A stretch of 64,000 nucleotides of DNA from Pseudomonadota bacterium. GTDB lineage: Bacteria; Pseudomonadota; Gammaproteobacteria; Steroidobacterales; Woeseiaceae. Within the stretch, counting starts at the first letter, position 1; each line of letters opens with the position of its first letter. Location of the stretch: the NCBI GenBank assembly GCA_022560695.1, contig JADFSP010000005.1, positions 296-64,295 of the forward strand. The letters run 5' to 3'. The notes beneath the pieces are model-generated. The model ran no database searches and was not told the origin of the DNA. It saw only the letters and a list, made by a program, of their open reading frames with translations. This document shows, one piece after another, positions 46,310-56,831 of this stretch. The position numbers and the translations under genes are program-made.

Positions 46310-48466
46310 TCACGCGCAGTCGCGACTTACGCGAATCACATTCTTCATGTTGCGGACATTGCGCATTATTTGTGCGAGGTGAGTGCGGTCTCTGACCTGC
46401 AACAGAAACGACAACACCGAGCAATCCTCGTGGCGCCCGAGCACCTCGACCTGCTCGATATTCGAGCCGCAATCGGCGATCGTTGCCGCGACCTCGGCGA
46501 GCACGCCCGGCCTGTTCTGCGTATCGGTCTGAATCTGGCTGGCGAACTCGATGTCGATGTCCTTCTCCCAGCTGATGGCGATCCACTTTTCCGGCTGTTT
46601 GCGAAAGTTAATCAGGTTGCCGCAGCAGTTGCGGTGAATGACGACGCCGCGCCCGGAGCTGAGGTATCCCATGACGTCATCACCCGGAATCGGGTAACAG
46701 CATTTCGCATAACTGACGACCATGCCCTCGGTGCCGGCGATCACCAGGCTCGCCTTGCTGGTCTCGGCCACGCCCTCGGCGTTGATGCCGAGCAGAAAAC
46801 GCGCTGTCAGAGGCGCAAGACGTTCGCCAAGCCCGTGCTGCTCGAACAAGTCCGAGGTCTCTTTGAGACCGAGCTCTTCGAGCGCTGCCTTCATGCGCAC
46901 CTTGCCGACCTTGCGCAGAGATGACCCGAGGTCCTTGAGTGTGCGATCGAGCAAACGTTTACCGAGATCAATCGACTCGCTGGAACGCATTTGTTTCATG
47001 TACTGGCGTATCGCGGTTCTTGCCTTGGCCGTGCGCACAAATGTAAGCCAGTTGGGATTCGGCTTGGCGCCGCGACCTGTGATGATTTCGACGGACTGGC
47101 CATTCTCGAGCGGGGTTCGCAATGGCACCAGGCCGCGATCAATCTTTGCGGCGACACAACGATTGCCGATATCGGTGTGCACGGCATAAGCAAAGTCCAC
47201 GGTCGTGGCGCCTTTCGGCAGCGGCATGATGTCGCCCTTTGGCGTGAACACGTAAATCCTGTCAGGGAACAGGTCGACCTTGACGCTTTCCAGAAACTCT
47301 TCGGACGTGCCGGAGCGCTGCAGTTCGTCGAGGTTTGCCAGCCATTCCCGGGCGCGGCGCTGTGGTGTCGCATCGGCCGGATCGTCTGCCTTGTATTGCC
47401 AGTGAGAGGCGACGCCGGACTCGGCAACGCGATCCATTTCGCGAGTGCGAATCTGTATTTCGAGGGGCAGCCCCTTCGGGCCAAACAACGTGGTGTGCAA
47501 AGACTGGTAACCGTTAACGCGCGGAATGGCGATGTAGTCCTTGAAACGGCCGGGCACCGGCTTATACAGCCCGTGAACCAGACCGAGGACCTTGTAGCAA
47601 TTGCCGACGTCATCAACGATGATGCGAAAGCCGTAGACGTCGACAATATCGCGCAGGGTGCGTCTTTTCTCGGCCATCTTCTTGTAGATGCTGTAGAGAT
47701 GTTTTTCGCGGCCGACGATGTCGCCCTCAATGCCTTCATCTGACAGCGTCTTGCTGAACTCTTCGGAAATGCGCTTGACGATCTGGCGCTGGCTGCCCTT
47801 GCTCTTGCGCAACGCCCTGTCCAGCACGCGATAACGCATCGGGTAGAGGTAGCGAAAGCCCAGGTCCTGGAGCTCCACTTTCATGCGGTTTATGCCCAGT
47901 CGGTTGGCGATTGGCGCGTAGATGTCGAGCGTCTCCCGCGCAATGCGCGTGCGCTTCTCTGCGGGCATCGCGTCAAGCGTCTTCATGTTGTGCAGTCGAT
48001 CCGCTAACTTGACGAGGATGACACGAATATCCCCGATCATCGCAAGCATCATTTTGCGAAAGCTTTCAGCCTGTGCCTCGGCCCGGCTCCTGAACTGAAT
48101 TTGATCGAGTTTGCTGACGCCATCGACGAGCTGTGCAATCTCTGCGCCGAATTTCTCCTCGACGTCGTCAAGGGAAGCGTCGGTGTCCTCGACGACGTCG
48201 TGCAGAATAGCCGCGGCGATCGCCTGCGCGTCGAGGTGCATCTCGGCGAGGTTCTGGGCGACCGCCACCGGGTGGGAAATGTATGCTTCGCCGGTCTTGC
48301 GCCGCTGGCCGGCATGTGCGGCCGCGCCGAACTCGTAGGCCTGCATGATCATGCTGATCTGCCCGGGCGGCAGGTAGGATTCCAGCGAGGCGATCAGGTT
48401 CCGCAGACCGTGGTCGCGCCGGGACGCGCCCGGCAATCTGGAAAGCAATGTCGCGGCGTAATCCAT
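46310..48466 (-). CDS. spoT: bifunctional (p)ppGpp synthetase/hydrolase
   Basis: 718 aa; HD domain ([14 protein letters not shown]), synthetase domain, TGS and ACT regions. Confidence 0.95.
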   Translation of the reverse strand: MDYAATLLSRLPGASRRDHGLRNLIASLESYLPPGQISMIMQAYEFGAAAHAGQRRKTGEAYISHPVAVAQNLAEMHLDAQAIAAAILHDVVEDTDASLDDVEEKFGAEIAQLVDGVSKLDQIQFRSRAEAQAESFRKMMLAMIGDIRVILVKLADRLHNMKTLDAMPAEKRTRIARETLDIYAPIANRLGINRMKVELQDLGFRYLYPMRYRVLDRALRKSKGSQRQIVKRISEEFSKTLSDEGIEGDIVGREKHLYSIYKKMAEKRRTLRDIVDVYGFRIIVDDVGNCYKVLGLVHGLYKPVPGRFKDYIAIPRVNGYQSLHTTLFGPKGLPLEIQIRTREMDRVAESGVASHWQYKADDPADATPQRRAREWLANLDELQRSGTSEEFLESVKVDLFPDRIYVFTPKGDIMPLPKGATTVDFAYAVHTDIGNRCVAAKIDRGLVPLRTPLENGQSVEIITGRGAKPNPNWLTFVRTAKARTAIRQYMKQMRSSESIDLGKRLLDRTLKDLGSSLRKVGKVRMKAALEELGLKETSDLFEQHGLGERLAPLTARFLLGINAEGVAETSKASLVIAGTEGMVVSYAKCCYPIPGDDVMGYLSSGRGVVIHRNCCGNLINFRKQPEKWIAISWEKDIDIEFASQIQTDTQNRPGVLAEVAATIADCGSNIEQVEVLGRHEDCSVLSFLLQVRDRTHLAQIMRNVRNMKNVIRVSRDCA

Positions 48467-48602
48467 GACCCGATAATAACCGCGAATAGGCCGTGCGGCG
48501 GGGAATCTGTCGCAGTGCCGGAGCGCTGTGCTGGAGCGCGTCAGGTCAGGCTCTCGTCCCCACGAGCGCGGCCCCGGGGACGAGGCGGCGGTCGGTCGTC
48601 AG

Positions 48603-48884
48603 TCAGCCGCCAATGGAAATTCCGCGCATGGGCAGGGCCTCGTCAGCAAGGTCCGTTTGTAACAAGTCTTCCATCACCGGCTGGTCGATCTCATCGAGAA
48701 TCGCCGGCGTCACGTGGCCTGCGGCGATTTCCCTGAGGGCGATGACCGTCGGCTTGTCGTTCTCCAGCTCGACCATCGGCTCAGCGCCATGGGCAAGGCG
48801 GCGCGCGCGCTTTGAAGCAACGAGCACCATCTCGAATATGTTGCCGATGTTGTCCAGGCAGTCTTCGACCGTGATTCTGGCCAT
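48603..48884 (-). CDS. rpoZ: RNA polymerase omega subunit
   Basis: [30 protein letters not shown]. Confidence 0.95.
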   Translation of the reverse strand: MARITVEDCLDNIGNIFEMVLVASKRARRLAHGAEPMVELENDKPTVIALREIAAGHVTPAILDEIDQPVMEDLLQTDLADEALPMRGISIGG

Positions 48885-48999
48885 GCGGTTTCTTCCTCCG
48901 GTATGGGCTATCGGGCGCCTGGCCCGTCTTCAGTACACAAGACCCACCAGTTTAGCGCAGGTTGACCCGTCAGTGCCAGACATTGCGGGCAAATGATGC

Positions 49000-49620
49000 T
49001 CAGGGAAGGATTCGCATTACCGCGTCGCGCACTGCCGCGTCTGACGTAGCGCAGGATTCGCCCGCGCCGGCGACGATCGCCTCGAGGTCGTCGACTGCCC
49101 GCTCGAGGTCGTCGTTGATGATCGCGAAATCGAATTCCGACCAATGCGACATGTCGCTCAATGCGTCCCGCAGCCGCCGCCGAATGACGTCATCGCTGTC
49201 GGTGTGCCGGCTGCGCAGTCGATGCTCGAGCTCATCCGTCGACGGCGGCAGAATGAATATCGTAGTGCACGCGGGTTTCGCCTCGCGGACCTGGGCGGCG
49301 CCCTGCCAGTCGATCTCGAGAATGACGTGATGACCGTCCTGCAGATGCTGCTCGACCTGTTTGCGGCCCGTTCCATAGTGGTTGTCGAACACCTCGGCGG
49401 ACTCGAGCAGGTCGCCTCGGGCGCGCAGGCGTGCAAATTCGTCGACACTGACGAACAGGTAGTCGACGCTCTCGACCTCGTTGCTGCGCTTCTTGCGCGT
49501 CGTGTAGGAAATGGAGAAGCGCAACCCTGGACGGCGCACCACCAGCGCCTTGACGAGCGTTGTCTTGCCGGCGCCGGACGGTGCGGCGACGACGAATAAC
49601 CTGGCTGAAGAATCATTCAT
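49000..49620 (-). CDS. gmk: guanylate kinase
   Basis: P-loop APSGAGKTT and SYTTRKKR motifs. Confidence 0.95.
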   Translation of the reverse strand: MNDSSARLFVVAAPSGAGKTTLVKALVVRRPGLRFSISYTTRKKRSNEVESVDYLFVSVDEFARLRARGDLLESAEVFDNHYGTGRKQVEQHLQDGHHVILEIDWQGAAQVREAKPACTTIFILPPSTDELEHRLRSRHTDSDDVIRRRLRDALSDMSHWSEFDFAIINDDLERAVDDLEAIVAGAGESCATSDAAVRDAVMRILP

Positions 49621-49628
49621 CGCGGGGC

Positions 49629-50501
49629 TTACTCGACGTTTTGAATCTGTTCGCGCATCTGTTCGATCAGGACCTTGAGCTCGACGGCCGCCTTCGTCGT
49701 CTCCGGGTCGGCGGATTTGGAGCCCAACGTGTTGGCTTCGCGATTGAGTTCCTGCATCAGGAAGTCCAGCCTGCGGCCGACGGCGCCGCCGTTGCCGACA
49801 ATGCCGCGTATCTCGGTCACGTGACTGTCGAGCCGGTCGAGCTCTTCGTCAACGTCGAGTTTCTGGGCGATCAATGCCAGTTCGACTTCGAGGCGGGCGG
49901 GGTCGGCCACGACATCGAGCCGCTCAATGCGTTCGCGCTGCCTGCCGTTTACGGCCTCGAGCACCTGCGGCATGCGCTCGCGAACAGAGTGCGCAAGCGC
50001 ATCGATATCGTCACAGCGTGAATGGAGCATCTCCGCGATCCGTTCGCCCTCGCTGGCGCGCATCGCGGCCATCGAATCGAGCGTCTGGCCGAGCAGCGCG
50101 CCGGCCGCGCTGAGCAGTGGCTCGACGTCGACGTCGGATTGCTGCACGATGCCGGGCCAGCGCAGCAGGTCGAGCGGGTTCAACGGTGCGAGGTCGCTTA
50201 TTGTCGCCGCCATTTCACTGACTCGCCTGCCGACAAGCGCAACGAGTTCGTCATTCAATTGCAGTTCGGTTTGCTGATCGAACGCGCGACGGAAGTGGAG
50301 CACGCAGTCGACCTTGCCACGGTGCAGGACCGCAGTGACCTGCTGGCGAAACACCTGCTCGCTGGGCCGCAATTCGTCGGGCATGCGAAATTGCACGTCG
50401 AGATAGCGGTGATTGACGGCGCGCAGCTCCCACGTCAGCGTGCCGATCTTCGACTCGGCGGACTGTCGCGCAAAGCCTGTCATACTGTGTAACATCAGCA
50501 T
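49629..50501 (-). CDS. yicC: YicC family stress-induced protein
   Basis: SMTGFAR N-terminus and C-terminal EIQNVE. 290 aa. Confidence 0.85.
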   Translation of the reverse strand: MLMLHSMTGFARQSAESKIGTLTWELRAVNHRYLDVQFRMPDELRPSEQVFRQQVTAVLHRGKVDCVLHFRRAFDQQTELQLNDELVALVGRRVSEMAATISDLAPLNPLDLLRWPGIVQQSDVDVEPLLSAAGALLGQTLDSMAAMRASEGERIAEMLHSRCDDIDALAHSVRERMPQVLEAVNGRQRERIERLDVVADPARLEVELALIAQKLDVDEELDRLDSHVTEIRGIVGNGGAVGRRLDFLMQELNREANTLGSKSADPETTKAAVELKVLIEQMREQIQNVE

Positions 50502-50714
50502 CGGTCTCCGGTTATGCCGCTTCGGTCACGGTATTCAGCGGTGCAGGGCGGCATACTTCGCGCGGCGTGACCGCAGAAACGGGTGAATATTTCGAGGATC
50601 GAACATTCTAAGCTCTGCTCGCCATCGGTCGCCAGCCGTTTGATGGCGGCTTGTCGTTGACATCAGCGAGCCCGGCATCGGACGCTGTCAGGAATAACGC
50701 GAAACCGAATCAAC

Positions 50715-51461
50715 ATGCAGGTCGAATACGCCAAAGTCTCCGCGCTCGGTGACCGCCAGGACAACCAGGACCGGGCTGCGGTCGTCGTTGCCGACGAGGC
50801 GGTAATCATGATGGTGTTCGACGGTATGGGCGGCCATACGGACGGCGCACGTGCTGCCGAAACAGGTTTGCAAGTCGTACAGGACAGCTTCATGTCGGCG
50901 ACGCTGCCGTTGTTCGATCCGCAGGGTTTCCTGTACTCGGTGCTCACGCGCGCGCACGATGACGTCGTTGGGCTGGGTCGCGATCTCGCCGTCGACTTCC
51001 GGCCGAGGGCGACGTGCGCCATTTGCCTGATCCAGGAGGGTGGCACATTCTGGGCGCACATAGGGGACAGTCGAATTTATCTGGTGCGCGACGGCCGCGT
51101 TCTGACACGATCCCGGGATCACAGCCATGTGGAGGTCCTGATTCAGGAAGGTGCCATTACCGAGAAGGAAGCGCTGGACCACCCGATGCGCAACTTCGTC
51201 GAGTGCTGTATCGGTGGCGACGCGCCGGTTCCGGACATGAGTATCACGGGCAAGAAGACATTGCAGCCCGGCGATGTGCTGCTCGCCTGTTCCGACGGCC
51301 TGTGGTCCGGCCTCAGCGACGCTGACATGGCGGACATAGCGCGGCCCGGTGAGGACATTCTCGCCGAAAATCTCAAGGCGCTGAGTGTGAAAGCATTGAA
51401 CGTGAACTCCCCGTACAGCGACAATACGACCGGGACCGCTGTAAGGTGGTTGAGTTCTTGA
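50715..51461 (+). CDS. PP2C-family Ser/Thr protein phosphatase
   Basis: [22 protein letters not shown] and ACSDGLW metal-binding motifs. Confidence 0.8.
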   Translation: MQVEYAKVSALGDRQDNQDRAAVVVADEAVIMMVFDGMGGHTDGARAAETGLQVVQDSFMSATLPLFDPQGFLYSVLTRAHDDVVGLGRDLAVDFRPRATCAICLIQEGGTFWAHIGDSRIYLVRDGRVLTRSRDHSHVEVLIQEGAITEKEALDHPMRNFVECCIGGDAPVPDMSITGKKTLQPGDVLLACSDGLWSGLSDADMADIARPGEDILAENLKALSVKALNVNSPYSDNTTGTAVRWLSS

Positions 51462-51487
51462 CGGAGTACCAGCGCAGGAGCATGGCA

Positions 51488-52210
51488 ATGCGACCAAGCG
51501 GCCGCGCAGCGGACGAAATTCGAGCGCTGCGATTCACCACCGATTTCACGTGTCACGCCGAGGGCAGCGTCCTTGCCGAGTTCGGTGACACGCAGGTTTT
51601 ATGCACGGCGAGTGTCGAGAACCGGGTTGCGCCATGGTTGCGCGGCAGCGGCGGCGGATGGGTCACCGGCGAATACGGGATGTTGCCGCGCGCGACGCAT
51701 ACACGCAGCGTGCGCGAGGCGGCGCGCGGCAGGCAAAGCGGCAGGACTGTGGAAATCTCGCGCCTTATCGGCCGTTCTTTGCGTGCGGTAGTGAAGCTCG
51801 ACGCGTTTGGTGAGCGCACGATCACGCTGGACTGCGATGTCCTGCAGGCCGACGGCGGTACGCGCACGGCGGCGATCAGCGGTGCCTATGTCGCGCTGGC
51901 CCTCGCAATGGCGCGCTTGACGCGGGCGAAAACGATCAAGAAGAATCCACTGTGTGGTCAGGTCGCCGCTGTTTCGGTCGGCATCCATGACGGCCAGCCG
52001 GTGCTCGACCTCGACTATGCGGAAGACTCCGCCGCAGAAACCGACATGAATATCGTCATGAATGACGCCGGACGTTTCATCGAGGTGCAGGGTACGGCGG
52101 AGGGCCACGCATTCAGCAGCGAGGAGTTCGCGGCAATGCTCGACCTCGCACGCGGCGGTATCGAATCGATTATTGCAGCGCAGAACGAAGCGCTTGCGTC
52201 CGCACGCTGA
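51488..52210 (+). CDS. rph: ribonuclease PH
   Basis: [12 protein letters not shown]...[14 protein letters not shown]...[16 protein letters not shown] lies 7 nt upstream of the ATG at 51488. Confidence 0.95.
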   Translation: MRPSGRAADEIRALRFTTDFTCHAEGSVLAEFGDTQVLCTASVENRVAPWLRGSGGGWVTGEYGMLPRATHTRSVREAARGRQSGRTVEISRLIGRSLRAVVKLDAFGERTITLDCDVLQADGGTRTAAISGAYVALALAMARLTRAKTIKKNPLCGQVAAVSVGIHDGQPVLDLDYAEDSAAETDMNIVMNDAGRFIEVQGTAEGHAFSSEEFAAMLDLARGGIESIIAAQNEALASAR

Positions 52211-52217
52211 CGACGCA

Positions 52218-52829
52218 TTGCGATTTCCGCGAAAAATCATTCTTGCCAGCGGCAACGTGGGCAAGTTGCGCGAGATCATGCGCCTGTTGAGCGAACTCGA
52301 CGCGCAGATCGTGCCGCAATCGGAATTCGGTGTCCGCGCCGCCGAGGAAACCGGCACGAGCTTCGCGGAGAATGCCCTGATCAAGGCACGCCACGCGGCC
52401 GCAGTGGCGGGCCTTCCGGCGATCGCCGATGATTCCGGGCTGGTCGTTGCAGCGCTGAACGGCCGGCCCGGTGTTTACTCGGCCCGGTACTCCGGCCCGG
52501 ACGCTACAGACGACTCCAACATTGACAAGCTGCTGGCCGAAATGCGCGACCTCCCGGAGGCCAGCCGTGGGGCAGCGTTTCAGTGCGTTGCGTGTTTCGT
52601 CATGCCCGACGACCCTGAACCGCTGATCGCCGAGGGGCAATGGCGCGGGCGCATACTGGAAGAGCGTCGGGGCGATCGCGGTTTCGGCTACGATCCGGTG
52701 TTCTTCGACCCCGAATCCGGTAAGAGCGCGGCCGAATTATCGGCCGCCGGAAAGAACGCGCGCAGCCATCGCGGCAAGGCCTTTGCAGCGCTTGGGTCCT
52801 TACTGCGGGCGCGCTTTGACGGGGATTGA
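52218..52829 (+). CDS. rdgB: dITP/XTP pyrophosphatase RdgB
   Basis: KIILASGNVGKLREI...ADDSGL...GFGYDPVF. A TTG start at 52218 is inferred. Confidence 0.85.
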   Translation: MRFPRKIILASGNVGKLREIMRLLSELDAQIVPQSEFGVRAAEETGTSFAENALIKARHAAAVAGLPAIADDSGLVVAALNGRPGVYSARYSGPDATDDSNIDKLLAEMRDLPEASRGAAFQCVACFVMPDDPEPLIAEGQWRGRILEERRGDRGFGYDPVFFDPESGKSAAELSAAGKNARSHRGKAFAALGSLLRARFDGD

Positions 52830-52876
52830 CGCAACGTAACTCGCGCACGCGGACGAAGTGCTGCAATAATCGCCCT

Positions 52877-54031
52877 ATGCGCCGCGAGGTTCCGCCACTG
52901 TCGTTGTACGTTCACCTGCCCTGGTGCGTGAAGAAGTGCCCGTATTGCGATTTCAATTCGCACGCGGCGGGCAGCAACGCGCCTCGCGGCCGCTATCTCG
53001 ATGCCGTGCTTATCGACCTGAAAAACGAAGCTGCAACCGCGACCGGACGGCCACTGATCAGTATTTTTATCGGCGGGGGCACGCCGAGCCTGTTCTCGCC
53101 GGACGAGATCGCACGACTTCTCGATGCCATCGAACGATGCTTCGCATTGGTGGACGACGTCGAGGTGACCATGGAGGCGAATCCCGGCACGGTCGAGTGC
53201 GGCAAGTGTTCGGGATATTTCCGTGCCGGCGTCAATCGGCTGTCGATCGGAGCGCAGTCGTTTGATGATGCGTCACTCGCGACGCTCGGACGAATCCATA
53301 CATCCGGTGACATCGCGCGAGTTGTTGCTGAGGCGCAGAATGCTGGCTTCGGGAACATCAATCTCGACCTGATGTATGCGCTGCCGGGGCAGGACGTCGG
53401 CGCTGCGCTCGATGACATCGAAGCGGCCGTGCGCCTCGATCCGGCGCACATCTCCTGGTATCAGCTGACGCTCGAGCCAAACACCGTCTTCCATGCGCGG
53501 CCACCGAACGGGTTGCCGGACGATGAGCTGTGCTACGACATTGAAAATCGCGGGCAGGCGCTGCTACGCGAGTGTGGCTTCGAACAGTACGAAGTCTCGG
53601 CCTATGCGAGAGACGGCCACGTGTGCGTGCACAACCTGAATTACTGGTCGTTCGGTGACTACGTTGCCGTTGGTGCGGGTGCTCACGGCAAGATATCGAA
53701 CCAGGACGGGGTGCGCCGCTACACGAAGGCGGCGCATCCGCAGCAATACATGGCGTCGATGGAGCGTGGCATTCCTGACGGCACGCCGCGGGCGCTCGGG
53801 GACCGCGATTTGCTGTTCGAGTTCATGATCAATGCGTTGCGGCTGAACGCGGGTTTTGATGAGCAACTTTTCGAGGCGCGCACCGGTTTGTCGCGCGACG
53901 CGTTGCGACAGCGATTGCAAGCGCCGTTGCAAAAAGGGCTGATCGCGTCGGCAGCAGACGATGTCTGGCGGCCGACCGCGATGGGCCGCCGCTTCCTGAA
54001 CGATCTGCAGGCGGATTTTCTGCCTGAGTGA
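52877..54031 (+). CDS. hemW: radical SAM heme chaperone HemW
   Basis: LYVHLPWCVKKCPYCDF (CxxxCxxC) and an HemN-like C-terminal domain. Confidence 0.85.
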   Translation: MRREVPPLSLYVHLPWCVKKCPYCDFNSHAAGSNAPRGRYLDAVLIDLKNEAATATGRPLISIFIGGGTPSLFSPDEIARLLDAIERCFALVDDVEVTMEANPGTVECGKCSGYFRAGVNRLSIGAQSFDDASLATLGRIHTSGDIARVVAEAQNAGFGNINLDLMYALPGQDVGAALDDIEAAVRLDPAHISWYQLTLEPNTVFHARPPNGLPDDELCYDIENRGQALLRECGFEQYEVSAYARDGHVCVHNLNYWSFGDYVAVGAGAHGKISNQDGVRRYTKAAHPQQYMASMERGIPDGTPRALGDRDLLFEFMINALRLNAGFDEQLFEARTGLSRDALRQRLQAPLQKGLIASAADDVWRPTAMGRRFLNDLQADFLPE

Positions 54032-54128
54032 GGCCGCAAAATGGTGGCGGATCAGCCGCAAAATTCGCATCTTTGGGCGCCATTTCCGGAATTATGGCCA
54101 CTGTGCGGGCATGAATTGGCGCGCTGCC

Positions 54129-54137
54129 TTATGCACA
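54129..54137 (+). promoter_or_regulatory. DnaA box, 8/9 match (TTATgCACA)
   Basis: Direct reading against the TTATCCACA consensus. Confidence 0.5.
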
Positions 54138-54318
54138 ATGCCTCGTGGAGGCCTGTTTTTTCAGCGCGAGACGCCATCACATTCACGCTCAGCGTCGAGA
54201 AAAGCTCGTAACTCTTTGATTATAGTTATATTAAGAAAATGGCCACAAAATAGTCATATTGACAACGGTGCTTGAAAATCCGCATCTTAGGACACTCACT
54301 CAATTTTCTTCCACAACC

Positions 54319-54341
54319 TTATCCACAGCTTCTGTGGATAA
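54319..54341. promoter_or_regulatory. two perfect consensus DnaA boxes in inverted orientation (TTATCCACA-gcttc-TGTGGATAA)
   Basis: Exact 9/9 matches at 54319-54327 and 54333-54341. A 7/9 box (tcttccaca) lies at 54307-54315 and an AT-rich tract at about 54215-54262. Confidence 0.7.
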
Positions 54342-54425
54342 CAATTCCTGGCTTGCGGCAATGGGCGCTTCGCTATATGCTACGCGGCCTTTTCGCACCG
54401 CAACGCCCGCTCCGGAGAGCCTGAA

Positions 54426-54629
54426 ATGAAAGCCGACATCCATCCCGACTACGCCGATATCAAGGTAACCTGTAGTTGCGGCAACGAGTTCACGACACGA
54501 TCGACGCTCGGCGAAGACCTCTCCATAGAGGTGTGCTCCTCCTGCCATCCTTTTTATACGGGCAAGCAGAAAATCGTCGATAGTGGCGGCCGCGTCGACA
54601 AATTCCGTCGCAAGTACGGCATAGGCTAA
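54426..54629 (+). CDS. rpmE: 50S ribosomal protein L31 (zinc-binding type)
   Basis: MKADIHPDY...CSCG...[13 protein letters not shown]. Confidence 0.95.
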   Translation: MKADIHPDYADIKVTCSCGNEFTTRSTLGEDLSIEVCSSCHPFYTGKQKIVDSGGRVDKFRRKYGIG

Positions 54630-54845
54630 CCGCCGGGCATCTGGCGGAGCCGTATCCCGGCAAAACCAGGAGTCTTTTAACGATTTCCGGGGCTACGGGC
54701 CGCGGGGCTTTGATATGCTGCGGGAGTTCAGTTTTCGACGACGACCCGTGCGGCCTGTACCGGCATTGCACGGAACGCCGAATGAGCGCCTGTTGCGTCG
54801 GCCCGGCGACAACGAAGTACGGCCAGATGTGGCCAAGGAATGAGG

Positions 54846-56144
54846 ATGACGAAGAGCCAGGATGCCTACCGCCTGATCAGCCCCAGCGGCATTGAAACGG
54901 AATTGCCGGTGCTGCGCGGGTCCACGGGACCCGACGTCATCGACATCGGGCGCCTGTACCAGGAACAGGGCGTCTTCACCTACGATCCGGGTTTCGTTGC
55001 GACAGGCAGTTGCACTTCGGACATCACGTTCATCGATGGCGAGAAGGGAGTCCTGATGTATCGGGGTTACCCGGTCGAGCAACTCGCCGCGCACTCGAGC
55101 TTCATCGAAGTTGCGTACCTGTTGCTTCACGGTAATCTGCCGAAGGCGTCCGAGCTGGAGACTTTCACCGAGACGATTCGCACACATACGATGCTCAACG
55201 AAGGCATGATGCGATTCTTCGGCGGCTTTCGTTATGACGCGCACCCGATGGCGATGTTGTCGGCCGTCGTCGGATCGATGTCGGCGTACTACCACGACAC
55301 GATGGACGTCAATGATCCCATGCACCGCGACATCTTCGCGCATCGAATTCTTGCCAAATTGCCGACGATCGCGGCGGCCGCGTACAAGCTGAACATCGGG
55401 CAGCCTTTCATCTATCCGCGTAACGATCTGACCTATTGCGAGAACTTGTTGCACATGTTTTTTGCGGTACCGGCGGAACCCTATGAAATCGATCCGATTG
55501 CGGCCGATGCGCTGGATCTGCTGTTCATATTGCACGCAGATCACGAGCAGAACTGTTCGACGTCAACGGTGCGCATGGCTGGCAGCTCCGGCGCGAACCC
55601 GTATTCAGCGATCGCCGCCGGCATAGCGGCGCTTTGGGGGCCGGCTCATGGCGGCGCAAATGAAGCGGTACTGAACATGCTCGGAGAGATTGGTAACGCG
55701 GCCAACATTCAGAAGTACATCGACAAGGCCAAGGACAAGAACGACCCGTTTCGCCTGATGGGCTTCGGCCACCGCGTGTACAAGAGTTTCGATCCGCGCG
55801 CGAAGATCATCCGAAAAATGACGCACAAGGTTCTGGCGAGACTCGGACGCAAGGACACGCCGTTGTTCGATTTGGCGCTTGCGCTCGAAGAAATCGCCCT
55901 TAAGGACGAGTACTTCATCGAGAAGAACCTGTACCCGAATGTGGATTTCTACTCGGGCATCATTTACAAGGCACTTGGAATCCCGACCTCGATGTTGACG
56001 GTCATGTTTGCCATCGGCCGATCCGTTGGCTGGACTGCGCACTGGCGCGAAATGATCTCGGATCCCGACGGCCGCATCAGCCGTCCGCGACAGTTGTACT
56101 CGGGACCGACGGAACGCGGATTCGTCGCGATCGGCGAACGCTAA
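54846..56144 (+). CDS. gltA: citrate synthase (type II)
   Basis: Full-length GltA similarity ([24 protein letters not shown]). An alternative ATG lies at 54840. Confidence 0.95.
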   Translation: MTKSQDAYRLISPSGIETELPVLRGSTGPDVIDIGRLYQEQGVFTYDPGFVATGSCTSDITFIDGEKGVLMYRGYPVEQLAAHSSFIEVAYLLLHGNLPKASELETFTETIRTHTMLNEGMMRFFGGFRYDAHPMAMLSAVVGSMSAYYHDTMDVNDPMHRDIFAHRILAKLPTIAAAAYKLNIGQPFIYPRNDLTYCENLLHMFFAVPAEPYEIDPIAADALDLLFILHADHEQNCSTSTVRMAGSSGANPYSAIAAGIAALWGPAHGGANEAVLNMLGEIGNAANIQKYIDKAKDKNDPFRLMGFGHRVYKSFDPRAKIIRKMTHKVLARLGRKDTPLFDLALALEEIALKDEYFIEKNLYPNVDFYSGIIYKALGIPTSMLTVMFAIGRSVGWTAHWREMISDPDGRISRPRQLYSGPTERGFVAIGER

Positions 56145-56227
56145 AGTAGGGTCGAACCGAAGTTTTCTCAGCAAGGCCCCGGGAATGACGCGCAGCTTTA
56201 AGAAAACTTCGGTTCGACCCTACTTTT
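56143..56227. repeat. REP family A palindrome
   Basis: aaagtagggtcgaaccgaagttttct (56143-56168) is complementary to agaaaacttcggttcgaccctactttt (56201-56227). Confidence 0.9.
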
Positions 56228-56827
56228 CAGAAGATCGCGCACACTCTTTTCATCCGCCCGCCGCATAGGCTTGCCATCGACGGGGCTGATTGGCGCCTGT
56301 CGAATGCCATCGACCGGAAATACGGTCGCCTCGACCGAGGCGCTCTCGTGGTGAAATTGAAATCCCGCGTAACGGTCGGCGCAATCGCGACGTCTTTTCA
56401 GTCGACGTTCGTACGGCCGGTAACTGACGCCGAGCTCGGACAGCCAGAGGGCGACAGCCTCGGCACTGTCGGTGAAGACGTGTAAGTCAACAGGAGCGTT
56501 TGCGTCTGCAGTGCCATGCAACACCGGGCCGACCAGCCGCGGCGTAAACGGCGATAGCAGGCTCATGGCGGACAATGCCGTGACGCGCATCATGCGCAGA
56601 ACGTCCGCGTGCGAATCACCACTGAACAGTTGCAGACGTTCGCCGACCGCACGTTCAATCTCGACGTTCCCCGGCAAGGAGCCGCGTGCATTTAGTCCCA
56701 GACGCTCAGCGGCCTTGATCTTCGCGACATGATAATCGCGAAGGCCGTGATCGACGATGATGCGCGCGGCTTCCTGGGCAACCATCTGTCGTGCCCGATC
56801 CGTGCCAATGGCGTTTTTCTTGCTCAT
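56198..56827 (-). CDS. conserved-looking hypothetical protein downstream of ponA
   Basis: ATG at 56827, 5 nt after the ponA stop. Protein-like composition but no motif I recognise. The last ~10 codons are encoded by the REP arm. Confidence 0.5.
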   Translation of the reverse strand: MSKKNAIGTDRARQMVAQEAARIIVDHGLRDYHVAKIKAAERLGLNARGSLPGNVEIERAVGERLQLFSGDSHADVLRMMRVTALSAMSLLSPFTPRLVGPVLHGTADANAPVDLHVFTDSAEAVALWLSELGVSYRPYERRLKRRRDCADRYAGFQFHHESASVEATVFPVDGIRQAPISPVDGKPMRRADEKSVRDLLKSRVEPKFS

Positions 56828-56831
56828 GGTT

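Noticed and set aside
54129-54341. The DnaA-box cluster as the chromosomal origin oriC
   Set aside because: There are only three or four boxes and one GATC. I could not recognise a 13-mer DUE repeat array. The context is hemW/rpmE/gltA rather than dnaA, gidA or rpmH. It is kept as a DnaA-binding regulatory or DARS/datA-like candidate instead.
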